A DNA stretch of 40,480 nt from an uncultured Bacilli bacterium (lineage in GTDB: Bacteria; Bacillota_I; Bacilli_A; RF39; UBA660): assembly GCA_934090775.1 (NCBI GenBank), contig CAKOKF010000001.1, positions 1-40,480 on the forward strand. The letters are read 5' to 3'. The position numbers and the translations under genes are program-made. This document shows, piece by piece, positions 27,289-37,113 of the stretch; within the stretch, counting starts at the first letter, position 1; each line of letters starts with the position of its first letter. The notes under the pieces are model-generated. The model saw only the letters and a program-made list of their open reading frames with translations, was not told the origin of the DNA and did not search any database.

Positions 27289-29910
27289 TTAATTATTTTT
27301 ATTAATTAATGCTGCTTTAGCTGCTGCTAATTTAGCAACTGGTACTCGGTAAGCCGAAGCCGAAATATAAGATAAACCAATTTTATCAAAAAATTCAATT
27401 GATTTTTCATCAGCAGCATGTTCTCCACATACTCCTAAAGAAATATTATTTTTAACTTGGCGCGCCATTTGCGAAGAAACTTTAACTAAAGTACCAACCC
27501 CGTTTAGATCTAAACTCATAAAAGGATCATGATCTAAAATATTTTTAGTATAATAATCATTTAAAAATCTAGCAGCATCATCTCTTGAAAAGCCAAAAGT
27601 TAGTTGAGTCAAATCATTAGTTCCATAAGAGAAGAAATCACAAACAGAAGCTAGTTCATCAGTTAAGATAGCTGCTCTTGGTACTTCAATCATTGCCCCA
27701 ATTTGGTAATTAATTTGCATTTGATTCTTAGCTAAAACTCTTTTAATTTCCTTTTCAATAATATTTCTAATATAAATAAATTCTTTTTTATCCATAATAA
27801 GAGGCAACATTATTTTAACAATCGGATCAATACCTTCTTTTTTCACATTGCAAGCAGCACTAATAACCGCGTTGGTTTGCATAACAGCAATCTCTGGATA
27901 AGTAATATCAAGTCTTGATCCACGATGTCCCATCATAGGATTAAATTCTTTTAAGCTATCAATTTTTAATTTTAATGTATCAACAGTCACCTTTAACACA
28001 TTTGCTAATTCTTCTATTTCTTTTTCTTCCTTTGGTAAAAATTCATGTAATGGTGGATCTAAATAGCGAATAACAACAGGTAAACCCGAATTTAAACGAT
28101 ACAATTCTTCAAAATCTTTTTGCTGATAAGGCAATAAAGACACCAATGCTTTCAACCTCATCTTGCGATCACCAGCCAAAATCATTTGACGTAGTTTAAA
28201 TATTCTAGTCTTTTCAAAAAACATATGTTCAGTTCTAACCAACCCGATACCTTCAGCGCCAAAATTTTTAGCTACTTCCATATCTTCTTTTGTATCAGCA
28301 TTAGCCATAACACCCAAATTTTTAATTGCATCACACATTGTTAAAAGTTCATTAATAGCAGTATTATTGCTAACTGTTTCTAATTCTAACTTACCATCAT
28401 AAACCAAGCCTGTTGAACCATCAATGGAAATAATATCGCCTTCATGAATGAATTTATTATCTTTAGTAATTAAAGTATTATTAGAAATATCCATATTACT
28501 ACAGCCACTAACACAACATATTCCCATGCCTCGAGCTACTACAGCCGCATGAGAAGTCATACCACCTCTAATAGTTAAAACGCCTTCAGCATAATGCATA
28601 CCTTCAATATCTTCAGGACTAGTTTCATGACGAACTAAAATCGTTTTAATTCCAGCTTTTGATTTCTTTATAGCATCAAGAGCTTCAAATACAACCTCCC
28701 CAACAGCTGCCCCAGGACTTGCAGCTAAACCACTACCGATTTCCGTGGCATTTTTTAGACTTTCTCCTTTAAATACCGGATGTAAAGCTTGTGTAATATC
28801 AGCTATACTAACTCGTCTAATAGCTTCTTCCATGCTAATTTTTCCTTCACGTACCAAAGAAGTAGCTATATTTACAGCCGCCAAACCAGTCCTTTTACCA
28901 TTTCTCGTTTGCAACATATAAAGTTTACCATCTTCTATAGTAAATTCCATATCTTGCATATCTTTATAATAATCTTCTAACTTTTTAGCCGTTTTAACAA
29001 ATTCATCATACACATTTGGCATAATATCTTTTAAAGTTTCAATACTTTGAGGAGTTCTAATACCTGCAACCACATCCTCACCTTGAGCATTAATTAAATA
29101 TTCTCCAAATAATTCATTTTTACCATTAGCAGGATTTCTACTAAAAGCCACCCCAGTACCCGAATTATTATTTTTATTACCATAAACCATTTCTTGAACA
29201 TTAACAGCAGTTCCCCAATCATCAGGAATATTATTTATTTTTCGATAATAAATAGCTCTTTTATTATTCCATGATCTAAAGACTGCGCCAATAGCCATAA
29301 TTAATTGTTTAGCAGGATCTTGAAAAAAGGGTTCACCAGTTAAATTTTGAAATATTTCTTTATACTTTTCTAAGATATTTACCCAATCATCTCCTGTTAA
29401 ATCGGTATCACTAAGATAACCATATTGTTTTTTATAATTAGTTAAATATTCTTCAAAAATACTTTTATCTTTACCCATAACAACATCAGCAAACATCATA
29501 ACTAAACGACGATATGAATCATAAACAAATCTTTTATTATTCGTTATTTTAGTAAAAGAAGCAGCTACTTCATCATTAAGTCCTAAATTAAGAATTGTAT
29601 CCATCATTCCCGGCATACTACTTCTAGCACCACTTCTAATAGACACTAACAAAGGATTATTAACATCACCTAAAATCTTCCCTGTTCGTTTTTCTAAAGC
29701 CTGTAAATGTTTATAAATTTCTTCTTCTACATTTGTAGGTATCGTTTTGTCTGCCATATAATATTTATTACAAGCAGTTGTAGTAACGGTAAAACCATCT
29801 GGAACAGGCAGCCCTAAATTTTTCATACAAGCTAAATTAGCTCCTTTGCCTCCCAGTAGTTCCTTCATATCTTTTGTGCCCTCATTAAAGTCATACACAA
29901 ATTTTTCCAT
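27289..29910 (-). CDS. ppdK: Pyruvate, phosphate dikinase
   Basis: 873 aa. N-terminal ATP-grasp (GGKGANLACM), the phosphohistidine swivel motif GGMTSHAAVVARGMG, and a C-terminal PEP-utilising TIM barrel (GTNDLTQ). Confidence 0.95.
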   Translation of the reverse strand: MEKFVYDFNEGTKDMKELLGGKGANLACMKNLGLPVPDGFTVTTTACNKYYMADKTIPTNVEEEIYKHLQALEKRTGKILGDVNNPLLVSIRSGARSSMPGMMDTILNLGLNDEVAASFTKITNNKRFVYDSYRRLVMMFADVVMGKDKSIFEEYLTNYKKQYGYLSDTDLTGDDWVNILEKYKEIFQNLTGEPFFQDPAKQLIMAIGAVFRSWNNKRAIYYRKINNIPDDWGTAVNVQEMVYGNKNNNSGTGVAFSRNPANGKNELFGEYLINAQGEDVVAGIRTPQSIETLKDIMPNVYDEFVKTAKKLEDYYKDMQDMEFTIEDGKLYMLQTRNGKRTGLAAVNIATSLVREGKISMEEAIRRVSIADITQALHPVFKGESLKNATEIGSGLAASPGAAVGEVVFEALDAIKKSKAGIKTILVRHETSPEDIEGMHYAEGVLTIRGGMTSHAAVVARGMGICCVSGCSNMDISNNTLITKDNKFIHEGDIISIDGSTGLVYDGKLELETVSNNTAINELLTMCDAIKNLGVMANADTKEDMEVAKNFGAEGIGLVRTEHMFFEKTRIFKLRQMILAGDRKMRLKALVSLLPYQQKDFEELYRLNSGLPVVIRYLDPPLHEFLPKEEKEIEELANVLKVTVDTLKLKIDSLKEFNPMMGHRGSRLDITYPEIAVMQTNAVISAACNVKKEGIDPIVKIMLPLIMDKKEFIYIRNIIEKEIKRVLAKNQMQINYQIGAMIEVPRAAILTDELASVCDFFSYGTNDLTQLTFGFSRDDAARFLNDYYTKNILDHDPFMSLDLNGVGTLVKVSSQMARQVKNNISLGVCGEHAADEKSIEFFDKIGLSYISASAYRVPVAKLAAAKAALINKNN

Positions 29911-30010
29911 CTTTATTCTCCTTTTATTCTAATTAAATATAGCATTTTTTATTTATTTTTACCACTAATTTTTTTTCATTATTTATAACGACATAACCAA
30001 TTTAATAAAA

Positions 30011-30883
30011 TCATCTTTTAAAAGCTTTTAGATATTCTTGTCTAACAATCTCATTAGTTACATGAGTATAAATTCCCGTAGTAGATAAGGATTTATGTCC
30101 CAAAAGTTCCTGTACACTTCTTATATCACACCCATTATTTAACATTTCAGTAGCAAAGGAATGTCTAAAAGTATGTGGCGTTATTTTTTGCTTAAGCATA
30201 GCTTTTTTTACAATAGTATTTATTAAATATTCAGCACCTCGCCGAGTTAATTTAGTATAATTTTTATTTAAAAGCAAATATTTTTTAGCATCCCCTACTG
30301 CATTTCTTTGTAACGCTAAATAATCATCTAAATAACTATTAGCATATTCTCCAAAATAAACAATTCGTTCTTTATTTCCCTTACCTAGAACCCTAATACT
30401 TTGTTCTTTTCGATCAATATCATTAATTTTTATATTAACAGCTTCACTAACTCTTAACCCTGTATCAAAAAGAATTTCTAAAAACAGTAAATTTCTAACT
30501 TTCAAAAATGTATTATCTTGTTGTTCTATAACCCTAATTAATTGCATATATTCTTCATAATTAATAAAATTAGGTAATTTTTTTTCTTTTCGAGGTCTAT
30601 TAATATCATTAAAATAGTTATACTTAATCATATGCTGCTTCACTAAATAATTATAATAATCATTAAGACTACTTAAAATTCTATTAATACTACTGCTTTT
30701 ATATTTCTTTTCATCTAGATATTTTAAATAATCTCTTATTACTATTCTATTTACTTCTTTAAAATTTAGATTTTTATTTCTTAAAAACATTCCAAAAATA
30801 TTAATATCACTTAAATAACTCTCAATACTATTAGTACTATAATTTTTTATTACTTTTAAATATTTTTCAAATTCTTTTAACAT
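30011..30883 (-). CDS. Tyrosine recombinase, XerC/XerD family
   Basis: 290 aa. SAM-like N-terminal domain, then LLFLEILFDTGLRVSE, HTFRHSFATEML and LLGHKSLSTTGIYTHV (the R..HxxR..Y catalytic set). Confidence 0.85.
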   Translation of the reverse strand: MLKEFEKYLKVIKNYSTNSIESYLSDINIFGMFLRNKNLNFKEVNRIVIRDYLKYLDEKKYKSSSINRILSSLNDYYNYLVKQHMIKYNYFNDINRPRKEKKLPNFINYEEYMQLIRVIEQQDNTFLKVRNLLFLEILFDTGLRVSEAVNIKINDIDRKEQSIRVLGKGNKERIVYFGEYANSYLDDYLALQRNAVGDAKKYLLLNKNYTKLTRRGAEYLINTIVKKAMLKQKITPHTFRHSFATEMLNNGCDIRSVQELLGHKSLSTTGIYTHVTNEIVRQEYLKAFKR

Positions 30884-30893
30884 ATTTTATCCT

Positions 30894-30919
30894 AAAAAAA
30901 GAGGTCTTTAGACTCTCTA
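30894..30919 (-). terminator. Probable rho-independent terminator downstream of deoD
   Basis: On the minus strand: AGAGAGTC / GACCTCT stem with one bulge, followed by TTTTTTT. A second small GC hairpin, GTTGG-CAGGCA-CCAAC, lies just upstream at 30926-30941. Confidence 0.5.
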
Positions 30920-30949
30920 TTCAAGTTGGTGCCTGCCAACATACCCTTT

Positions 30950-31681
30950 TTATTTTATAATAGCATCAAGCGCTAAAGTTATCATATCATTCAATGATTT
31001 TTCTCGATCTTCAATTGGTAAAACGACATCACTAAATTTTGAATCCACAGCTGTTACAATCGCTGCTGCTTCTTTCTTAAAGGAATTTGCAACGTGAACT
31101 AAAGCATAAGCTTCCATTTCTTCTACTATTGGTTTAACATCTTCCGGTATTCTTTTTAAAACATTATCCATATTAATATAAGGACCAAACGCATCACAAG
31201 TTAGCATCGTTCCTATATGTAATTTTTTATTTTGCTCTTTCGCTGTAATTATAATATTTTCATTTAATTTTTTACTTGGATATACCATATTTTTATCGTA
31301 ACCATCATAATTATAAGCAAAATTTGATAAACTGAAGACATTATCAGCAAGTATTAATTCAGGAACATTTATGTCTTTGGTTACTACCCCGCAAGTACCA
31401 ATACGAATAATTTTTTCTACATTAAAATAGTAAAATAATTCAAAAGCATAGATACTCATGCTAGGCATTCCCATACCGCTGCCCATAATTGTAACTTTAT
31501 GGCCTTTATAAGTTCCAGTAAATCCAAACATATTGCGAACACTTGTAACTAATTTAGCATTCTCTAAAAATTTTTCAGCTATGTATTTAGCTCTTAAAGG
31601 ATCACCTGGCATTAAAACTAGAGGTGCTATATCTTTTTTATTTTTTACTTTTATATGAATAGGTTCTTCTTGTGGTTTCAT
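30950..31681 (-). CDS. deoD: Purine nucleoside phosphorylase, DeoD type
   Basis: 243 aa. LMPGDPLRAKYIAE..., GTYKGHKVTIMGSGMGMPS and VEMEAYAL. RBS GGAGGA. Confidence 0.9.
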   Translation of the reverse strand: MKPQEEPIHIKVKNKKDIAPLVLMPGDPLRAKYIAEKFLENAKLVTSVRNMFGFTGTYKGHKVTIMGSGMGMPSMSIYAFELFYYFNVEKIIRIGTCGVVTKDINVPELILADNVFSLSNFAYNYDGYDKNMVYPSKKLNENIIITAKEQNKKLHIGTMLTCDAFGPYINMDNVLKRIPEDVKPIVEEMEAYALVHVANSFKKEAAAIVTAVDSKFSDVVLPIEDREKSLNDMITLALDAIIK

Positions 31682-31901
31682 TTTCTATCCTCCTATGATT
31701 ACATTATAGCCTAAATTTACTGATAATAAAACTAAAACTTACAAAAATATTTAATTTTTTATGATTTTTCTTTACAAAAAAAGTTTTTTTAAGTAATCTA
31801 TAAAGAAATAAAATTATTTTATTATCTTAAAGTAGATAATTTTTATATAAAATTTATAGAAAGGATTAATCTTTAAAGAAAAATTCCAATAATTCTTAAA
31901 G

Positions 31902-32204
31902 ATGGTACTAAAAATTATGTTAGATAAAATCGAAATAAGTATTAATAAAAATTACTATACTATTAAATATAACAATTATTTAAAAAGAACTACTGAAAGT
32001 TCTAATATTTGTGCCATTCTAAACAAAGACTATGGTCCTCTAATTAGCTATACCAAAAAAGGCAATGATTTAATTTTAAATTTCCAAAAAATAACTATTG
32101 TAATTAAAAGTATTAGAAATATTAAAAAAGCCGGCAACGATCTTACATTATATGATTATCTATCTTCTTTTAAGAATAGCCAATTATTAAAATTAGTTAA
32201 ATAA
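31902..32204 (+). CDS. Hypothetical protein (100 aa), weakly supported
   Basis: This is the only long open frame in the 535-nt gap between sigK and deoD. It has no convincing RBS at either ATG (31902 or 31917) and no recognisable motif. Confidence 0.3.
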   Translation: MVLKIMLDKIEISINKNYYTIKYNNYLKRTTESSNICAILNKDYGPLISYTKKGNDLILNFQKITIVIKSIRNIKKAGNDLTLYDYLSSFKNSQLLKLVK

Positions 32205-32216
32205 ATAATAACATTT

Positions 32217-32909
32217 TTATTCTTTATTATTTTTAATAAATTCACGCAATATTTTACTTATTGCCCTTTTTTCTATTCTTGAAACATAACTTCTAGAAAT
32301 ATGCATCTCTTTAGCTATTTCTTTTTGGGTCATAACTTTTTGATTATTAAGACCATATCTTTTTATTATAATATCTTGCTCTCTTTTATTCAGTTTAACT
32401 ATAAATTTTTTTAATAAATCTATATTATCTTTTAAATACAACTCATCTTCAATCGGCTTACTTTTATCCTTAATAACATCTTTTAAATTAATTTTATTGC
32501 CTTCCTTATCAGTGCCTATATAATCGTCTAAAGACACTGTATTTTGAAACTTTCGTGCGGAACGATAATACATAAGTATCTCGTTTTCAATGCATCTTGC
32601 CACATAGGTAGTTATTTTTATATTTTTTCCACTTTGATATGAATCAACACCCTTTATCAAACCAATTGTACCAATACTGATTAGATCATCAGTTAACCCC
32701 ACCGGAGGATTGAATTTTTTTACTATGTGTGCAACTAAACGAAGATTATGTTCAATTAAAATATTCCTAGCCTCTTTATCACCATCTAACATTAATTTTA
32801 TATATTTTTCCTCTTCTTCAACTGTTAAAGGTTCTTTAAAAACGGTATTTGAATAACTACCAGTAAATAAGAAAATACTTTTTAAAAAATTAATCAAAGC
32901 ATTTAACAC
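32217..32909 (-). CDS. sigK: Mother-cell late sporulation sigma factor, pro-SigK (uninterrupted)
   Basis: LIEHNLRLVAHIVKKF, DLISIGTIGLIKGVDSY, TYVARCIENEILMYYR and ISRSYVSRIEKRA match SigK better than SigE. An N-terminal hydrophobic pro-sequence (MLNALINFLKSIFLFTGSYSNTVFKEPLT) is present. GTG start with a GGGTGA RBS. Confidence 0.85.
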   Translation of the reverse strand: MLNALINFLKSIFLFTGSYSNTVFKEPLTVEEEEKYIKLMLDGDKEARNILIEHNLRLVAHIVKKFNPPVGLTDDLISIGTIGLIKGVDSYQSGKNIKITTYVARCIENEILMYYRSARKFQNTVSLDDYIGTDKEGNKINLKDVIKDKSKPIEDELYLKDNIDLLKKFIVKLNKREQDIIIKRYGLNNQKVMTQKEIAKEMHISRSYVSRIEKRAISKILREFIKNNKE

Positions 32910-32970
32910 TTTGCATCACCCAATAAAGTATATTTTTTAACAATAAAAAAAGAACTAAGAGACAATATGC

Positions 32971-33423
32971 TTAATATTCAATATCATCATATTTATCCAA
33001 AAGTTCTTTTTGCTCTTTCATAATATTCATTATTCGATTACGATAAACAATAGTGTCTCTTTTTATCGCATCGGCATCATCCTGTATTTTTTGTGCCCTT
33101 AATAAAGCATCATTAATAATTCTTGAGGCATTTTTCTTAGCATCTTCTATAATTGCCTGTGACTCGTCATAAGTAGACTTTCTTATGGTTTGATTTGACT
33201 CTTCAGCAAGGACTAAAGTTCTCCTTAATGTTCCTTCAATATTTTTATACTGTTCTAAATCTTTTTGTAACTTACTATTATCATCTCTAAGACTTTTCAT
33301 TTCATCATTAGTTTTTTTTAATTTATCAAGCATACTCTCATATTCTTTAGTAACATTATTTAAAAATTCATTAACTTCATTTTTATTATAGCCATAAAAA
33401 GACATCCCAAACGTTTTAGGCAT
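32971..33423 (-). CDS. divIVA: DivIVA-domain cell division protein
   Basis: N-terminal FGMSFYGYNKNEVNEFLN (the DivIVA signature F..GY...EVD.FL), followed by coiled-coil sequence. The start is moved to ATG 33423, with a GAGGTGGGGG RBS. Confidence 0.85.
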   Translation of the reverse strand: MPKTFGMSFYGYNKNEVNEFLNNVTKEYESMLDKLKKTNDEMKSLRDDNSKLQKDLEQYKNIEGTLRRTLVLAEESNQTIRKSTYDESQAIIEDAKKNASRIINDALLRAQKIQDDADAIKRDTIVYRNRIMNIMKEQKELLDKYDDIEY

Positions 33424-33449
33424 AATCCCCCACCTCAATTTTTATTAAT

Positions 33450-33854
33450 TTACCACTTCACTTCCTCATTTGCTTCTTCATCGGCAACTGATGAATCCTC
33501 TGTGATTTTTCCTTGTACATTTACATTTTTAGGTGCACATAAATAAATACCAACACCAACTTTTTGCATAGTTCCACCGATGGCATAGATACAACCACTT
33601 AAAAAATCAATAATTCTTTTAGCTTGATCGGATGTTACTCTCTTCAAGTTAACAACAACACTATTTCTCTTTTTTAAGTGATCAGCAATTTGTTGAGATT
33701 CTGAGTAAGCACGTGGTTCAAGTAAAATCATTTTTGAACCACCGTTTTTACTGCCTGTTGCTTCTTCTTCTGTTGCTGTATAAAATTCGTCTTCCGTTTG
33801 AAGTGAACTATCATCACCATCTAACCCCATCATTTTCTTTAAATTTAAAGCCAT
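33450..33854 (-). CDS. sepF: Cell division protein SepF
   Basis: 134 aa. [67 protein letters not shown]. Confidence 0.9.
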   Translation of the reverse strand: MALNLKKMMGLDGDDSSLQTEDEFYTATEEEATGSKNGGSKMILLEPRAYSESQQIADHLKKRNSVVVNLKRVTSDQAKRIIDFLSGCIYAIGGTMQKVGVGIYLCAPKNVNVQGKITEDSSVADEEANEEVKW

Positions 33855-33884
33855 AACTAAATCTCCTTACTTTATCTAACAACA

Positions 33885-33913
33885 ATTATACATAAAATAA
33901 GCACCTTTTGCAA
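33885..33913 (-). promoter_or_regulatory. SigmaA-type promoter for sepF-divIVA
   Basis: TTGCAA (33913-33908), a 17-nt spacer, then TATAAT (33890-33885) on the minus strand, about 30 nt upstream of the sepF ATG. Confidence 0.55.
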
Positions 33914-33939
33914 TTCTTTTATGACTTTCGTGCTTATTT
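33895..33939 (-). terminator. Possible glyQS terminator hairpin overlapping the sepF promoter
   Basis: 10-bp stem AAATAAGCAC / GTGCTTATTT (33930-33939 pairs with 33895-33904) with a 25-nt loop. The trailing T content is modest. Confidence 0.35.
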
Positions 33940-33985
33940 ATAATATCAAATTGTTTTTAATTTAGCAACCACAAATTAGTTTTTT

Positions 33986-35371
33986 TTAAAATTTAATTGC
34001 TCTACTAATATAATCTTTTAAATCACTAATTTTAACTTTTTCTTGTTCCATTGTATCACGATTACGAACAGTAACTACATTATCACTGATTGTTTCATCA
34101 TCTACAGTTATACAAAAAGGTACTCCAATGGCATCACATCTTCTATAACGTTTACCAATACTGCCCGCATCATCATAAGAAACATAAAAATCTCTTAATA
34201 ATTCCGAATATATTTCACTTGCTTTTTCACCATGAGCTTTTTTTACAAGTGGTAAAATCGTAGCTTTAAAAGGAGCTAAAGCTGGAATTAAATGTAAAAC
34301 TTCTCTTTCAGTGCCATTTTCTAAAACTTGACGTTCATAAGCATCACATAACACTGCCAAAAATAATCTTTCAACACCAACACTTGGTTCTATAACATAA
34401 GGTAAATATCTTTCATTTGTTTCGGGATCTATATATCTTAAATCTTTTTTAGAATGTTCCATATGAGTTGATAAATCATAATCAGTTCGATCAGCAATTC
34501 CCCACAATTCTCCCCATCCAAATGGATAATGATATTCTATATCAGTTGTTGCTTTAGAATAAAATGACAATTCCTGCTTCTCATGGTCACGATTTCTTAA
34601 GTTTTCTTGCTTTATCCCTAAATCTTTCAAAAAGCTATTACAATAAGATTTATAGAATCCAAACCATTCTAAATCACTATTTGGTTTACAAAAAAATTCT
34701 AATTCCATTTGTTCAAATTCACGAACACGAAAAATAAAGTTACCCGGAGTTATTTCATTACGGAAGCTTTTACCTATTTGACCAATTCCAAAAGGAACTT
34801 TAGCGCGCATTGTTCTTTGAACATTTAAAAAGTTAACAAAAATTCCTTGAGCCGTCTCACCACGCAAATAAATTTTGTTTTTAGTGTCTTCGGTAACCCC
34901 TTGACTAGTCTCAAATAACAAGTTAAACTGACGAATATCAGTAAAATCACAAGCTCCACATTTTGGACAAACAATATTATGTTCTTTGATATAACTAGTT
35001 AGTTGTTCATTACTCCAACCATCAGCACTACCACTAATACCATTTTTAGCAAAATATTCTTCAATTAATTTATCGGCGCGACTTCTAGATTTGCACTTAC
35101 GACAATCTATTAAGGGATCAGCAAAAGAAGCAACATGACCAGATGCTACCCAAACATTTGGATTCATCAAAATTGCCGCATCTATTCCATAATTATATTT
35201 ATTTTCAACAATAAATTTTTTCCACCAACATTTTTTAATATTTTCTTTTAATTCTCTTCCTAAAGGTCCAAAATCCCATGTATTGGCAAGACCACCATAA
35301 ATTTCACTGCCTGGGAATATGTATCCATATTGCTTACAAAAATTAACTATATCTTCCATATTATTTTTCAT
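33986..35371 (-). CDS. glyQS: Glycyl-tRNA synthetase, single-chain (alpha2) type
   Basis: 461 aa. [31 protein letters not shown] and [25 protein letters not shown]. The GGAGG RBS lies inside the end of the upstream ORF. Confidence 0.95.
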   Translation of the reverse strand: MKNNMEDIVNFCKQYGYIFPGSEIYGGLANTWDFGPLGRELKENIKKCWWKKFIVENKYNYGIDAAILMNPNVWVASGHVASFADPLIDCRKCKSRSRADKLIEEYFAKNGISGSADGWSNEQLTSYIKEHNIVCPKCGACDFTDIRQFNLLFETSQGVTEDTKNKIYLRGETAQGIFVNFLNVQRTMRAKVPFGIGQIGKSFRNEITPGNFIFRVREFEQMELEFFCKPNSDLEWFGFYKSYCNSFLKDLGIKQENLRNRDHEKQELSFYSKATTDIEYHYPFGWGELWGIADRTDYDLSTHMEHSKKDLRYIDPETNERYLPYVIEPSVGVERLFLAVLCDAYERQVLENGTEREVLHLIPALAPFKATILPLVKKAHGEKASEIYSELLRDFYVSYDDAGSIGKRYRRCDAIGVPFCITVDDETISDNVVTVRNRDTMEQEKVKISDLKDYISRAIKF

Positions 35372-36056
35372 ATTTAAAATCCTCCATTTTCAACTGATGT
35401 CGATTTACATTTCTTAATATTTCTTTATAATCGGCACTTTTTTTAATTAATGGTAACATTCGAGTTTCATCGCCTCTTATCATAAACTTAGTATTAAAAA
35501 CCGTAATATCAACACTAACTGGTTTATCAAACAAATAACCTATTGTAATATCATTATGTTTTGAAACATTTTCTAACATATAATCTATTATTTGTAAATT
35601 CCCAAAGTAAGAATAATGCAAAGCCTCAAAAATAACAATATTATTTCCTTTATCAATCACTTTAATTTTATCATTTTCTAAATCAATCTCGATAACACCA
35701 TTACTAGTAGTAATAATGTTTATAAGACTTCTTCTAATAGCCAGTGCTATTATTTTCATTATTTGACAATTCGGCTTAGCAACTAACCTTTTTTCAATAC
35801 GCAATGTTTTACCATCTCTTCTTTTGATAATATCGTACCCATCTCTATTATATAATGGTTGAAAAGTAACAATATCTTCTCTTAAAAAATCAAAAACAGC
35901 CAAAATATCAACACAGTCTTTAGTTGTATTTACCAGTCCTAAATCATCAAGTACGTTATTATCATCAACACGATAACCATAGCACTTTAATCCACTACGA
36001 TTTAAAATAATATCTTGATAATTACCTGTTAAGGCTCTTATAACTTCCTTATCCAC
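35361..36056 (-). CDS. Hypothetical cytoplasmic protein (231 aa), no recognisable family, coupled to glyQS
   Basis: A 696-nt open frame in DNA where stop triplets are very frequent by chance. GTG start with a GGTGA RBS 6 nt upstream. The 3' end overlaps the glyQS start by 11 nt. No TM segments and no motif I can name. Confidence 0.7.
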   Translation of the reverse strand: MDKEVIRALTGNYQDIILNRSGLKCYGYRVDDNNVLDDLGLVNTTKDCVDILAVFDFLREDIVTFQPLYNRDGYDIIKRRDGKTLRIEKRLVAKPNCQIMKIIALAIRRSLINIITTSNGVIEIDLENDKIKVIDKGNNIVIFEALHYSYFGNLQIIDYMLENVSKHNDITIGYLFDKPVSVDITVFNTKFMIRGDETRMLPLIKKSADYKEILRNVNRHQLKMEDFKYEK

Positions 36057-36087
36057 AAACGATCACCACTAATCATCAACACCATTT

Positions 36088-36116
36088 AGTATAATAAAAC
36101 TTCTTAATTTTTGCAA
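36088..36116 (-). promoter_or_regulatory. Candidate sigmaA promoter for the 231-aa ORF / glyQS pair
   Basis: TTGCAA (36116-36111), a 17-nt spacer, then TATACT (36093-36088) on the minus strand. The -35 element abuts the recO stop codon. Confidence 0.5.
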
Positions 36117-36118
36117 GA

Positions 36119-36847
36119 TTACAGCGCTAGTTTATTCAATAATTCTTTATTTTTAACATATAAACCTGTAAAAGTTTCATAATAATTGCTTAAAAATAAG
36201 TTTATTTCCATTTTAACTAAAGGACTAATATGGATTTCTTTTATTTTTTGGACGTCAATATGCATATAATTTTTTATAATAACAATAGTTTTAGGACTAA
36301 CAACATATTCATTTTGATAACAATTATTACATATTAAACCGCCAGCTGTCCCGTTTAATGTTTTAATGTGATCTTTACTACCACACTTAATACAACTTAA
36401 CAAATTCAAATTAATACCTAAATATTTTAAATATTTAATTTCTAAAATATTGGTTAATACTAAAGGATCGAAACCAGCAGACATCTTCTTTAAAATAGAA
36501 AGTAAAAGTTCTAATATTTCTTTGTTATTATCTTGTTTAACCACTTGATATGTAAGACTACCTAAATAACTAAGAAAAGTAATTAACGTTATATCTTGAT
36601 GAAAATAAGTAAAATAATCTATAACATCTATTTCGTTAACTAAAGATAATCCAGTCTCTTTATATTGAATATAAAACCTTGCATAATTATAAAGTCTTGT
36701 TTTATTTAAAAATTTACTTTTAATTTTTTTTGAACCACGACAAAGAAGGCCAACAAGGCCATATTCTTTTGTCAAAACTTGTAATATTTCACTACTTTCT
36801 TTAAAAGGAGTAATATATAAAATAATTCCTTCAACGCATTTATTCAT
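36119..36847 (-). CDS. recO: DNA repair protein RecO
   Basis: 242 aa. N-terminal OB-fold-like region and the zinc motif CIKCGS...LICNNC. It sits at the conserved position after era and yqzL. RBS GGGGA. Confidence 0.85.
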   Translation of the reverse strand: MNKCVEGIILYITPFKESSEILQVLTKEYGLVGLLCRGSKKIKSKFLNKTRLYNYARFYIQYKETGLSLVNEIDVIDYFTYFHQDITLITFLSYLGSLTYQVVKQDNNKEILELLLSILKKMSAGFDPLVLTNILEIKYLKYLGINLNLLSCIKCGSKDHIKTLNGTAGGLICNNCYQNEYVVSPKTIVIIKNYMHIDVQKIKEIHISPLVKMEINLFLSNYYETFTGLYVKNKELLNKLAL

Positions 36848-36889
36848 TACTTTCCCCTACTTCAATTATTAACCAATTTTACTATTTTT

Positions 36890-36970
36890 TTATTTATGTT
36901 TTTTATATTGTAAATAATATTCAATCTTACCGGTTTCTTTAAATAACTGCCATAATTCTTCTTTACTCAT
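36890..36970 (-). CDS. yqzL: YqzL-like small protein (26 aa), absent from the ORF track
   Basis: MSKEELWQLFKETGKIEYYLQYKKHK. The W..F..TG.I..YL..K pattern and the location between era and recO match B. subtilis yqzL as I recall it. RBS GGTGA. Confidence 0.55.
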   Translation of the reverse strand: MSKEELWQLFKETGKIEYYLQYKKHK

Positions 36971-37033
36971 TTTTCATCACCTACTATTATAATGATGCAA
37001 GAATTATTATTTTATTCATAAATTTTATTATTT

Positions 37034-37089
37034 TAGAAAAAAGAAAGAATTTTAAAACTACTTATAACATTTTAAAAATTCTTTCTTTT
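37034..37089 (-). terminator. Rho-independent terminator downstream of era
   Basis: 17-bp stem with a 1-nt bulge (37041-37057 pairs with 37070-37087) and a 12-nt loop, followed on the minus strand by TTTTCT. Confidence 0.7.
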
Positions 37090-37113
37090 ACTAACTATTT
37101 ACCCTATTTTTGA

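Noticed and set aside
36049-36057. A perfect DnaA-box 9-mer, TTATCCACA.
   Set aside because: It is a single isolated copy lying across the start codon of the 231-aa ORF (GTG GAT AAG). There is no cluster, no AT-rich unwinding element context, and no dnaA or dnaN nearby, so it is most likely a chance occurrence.
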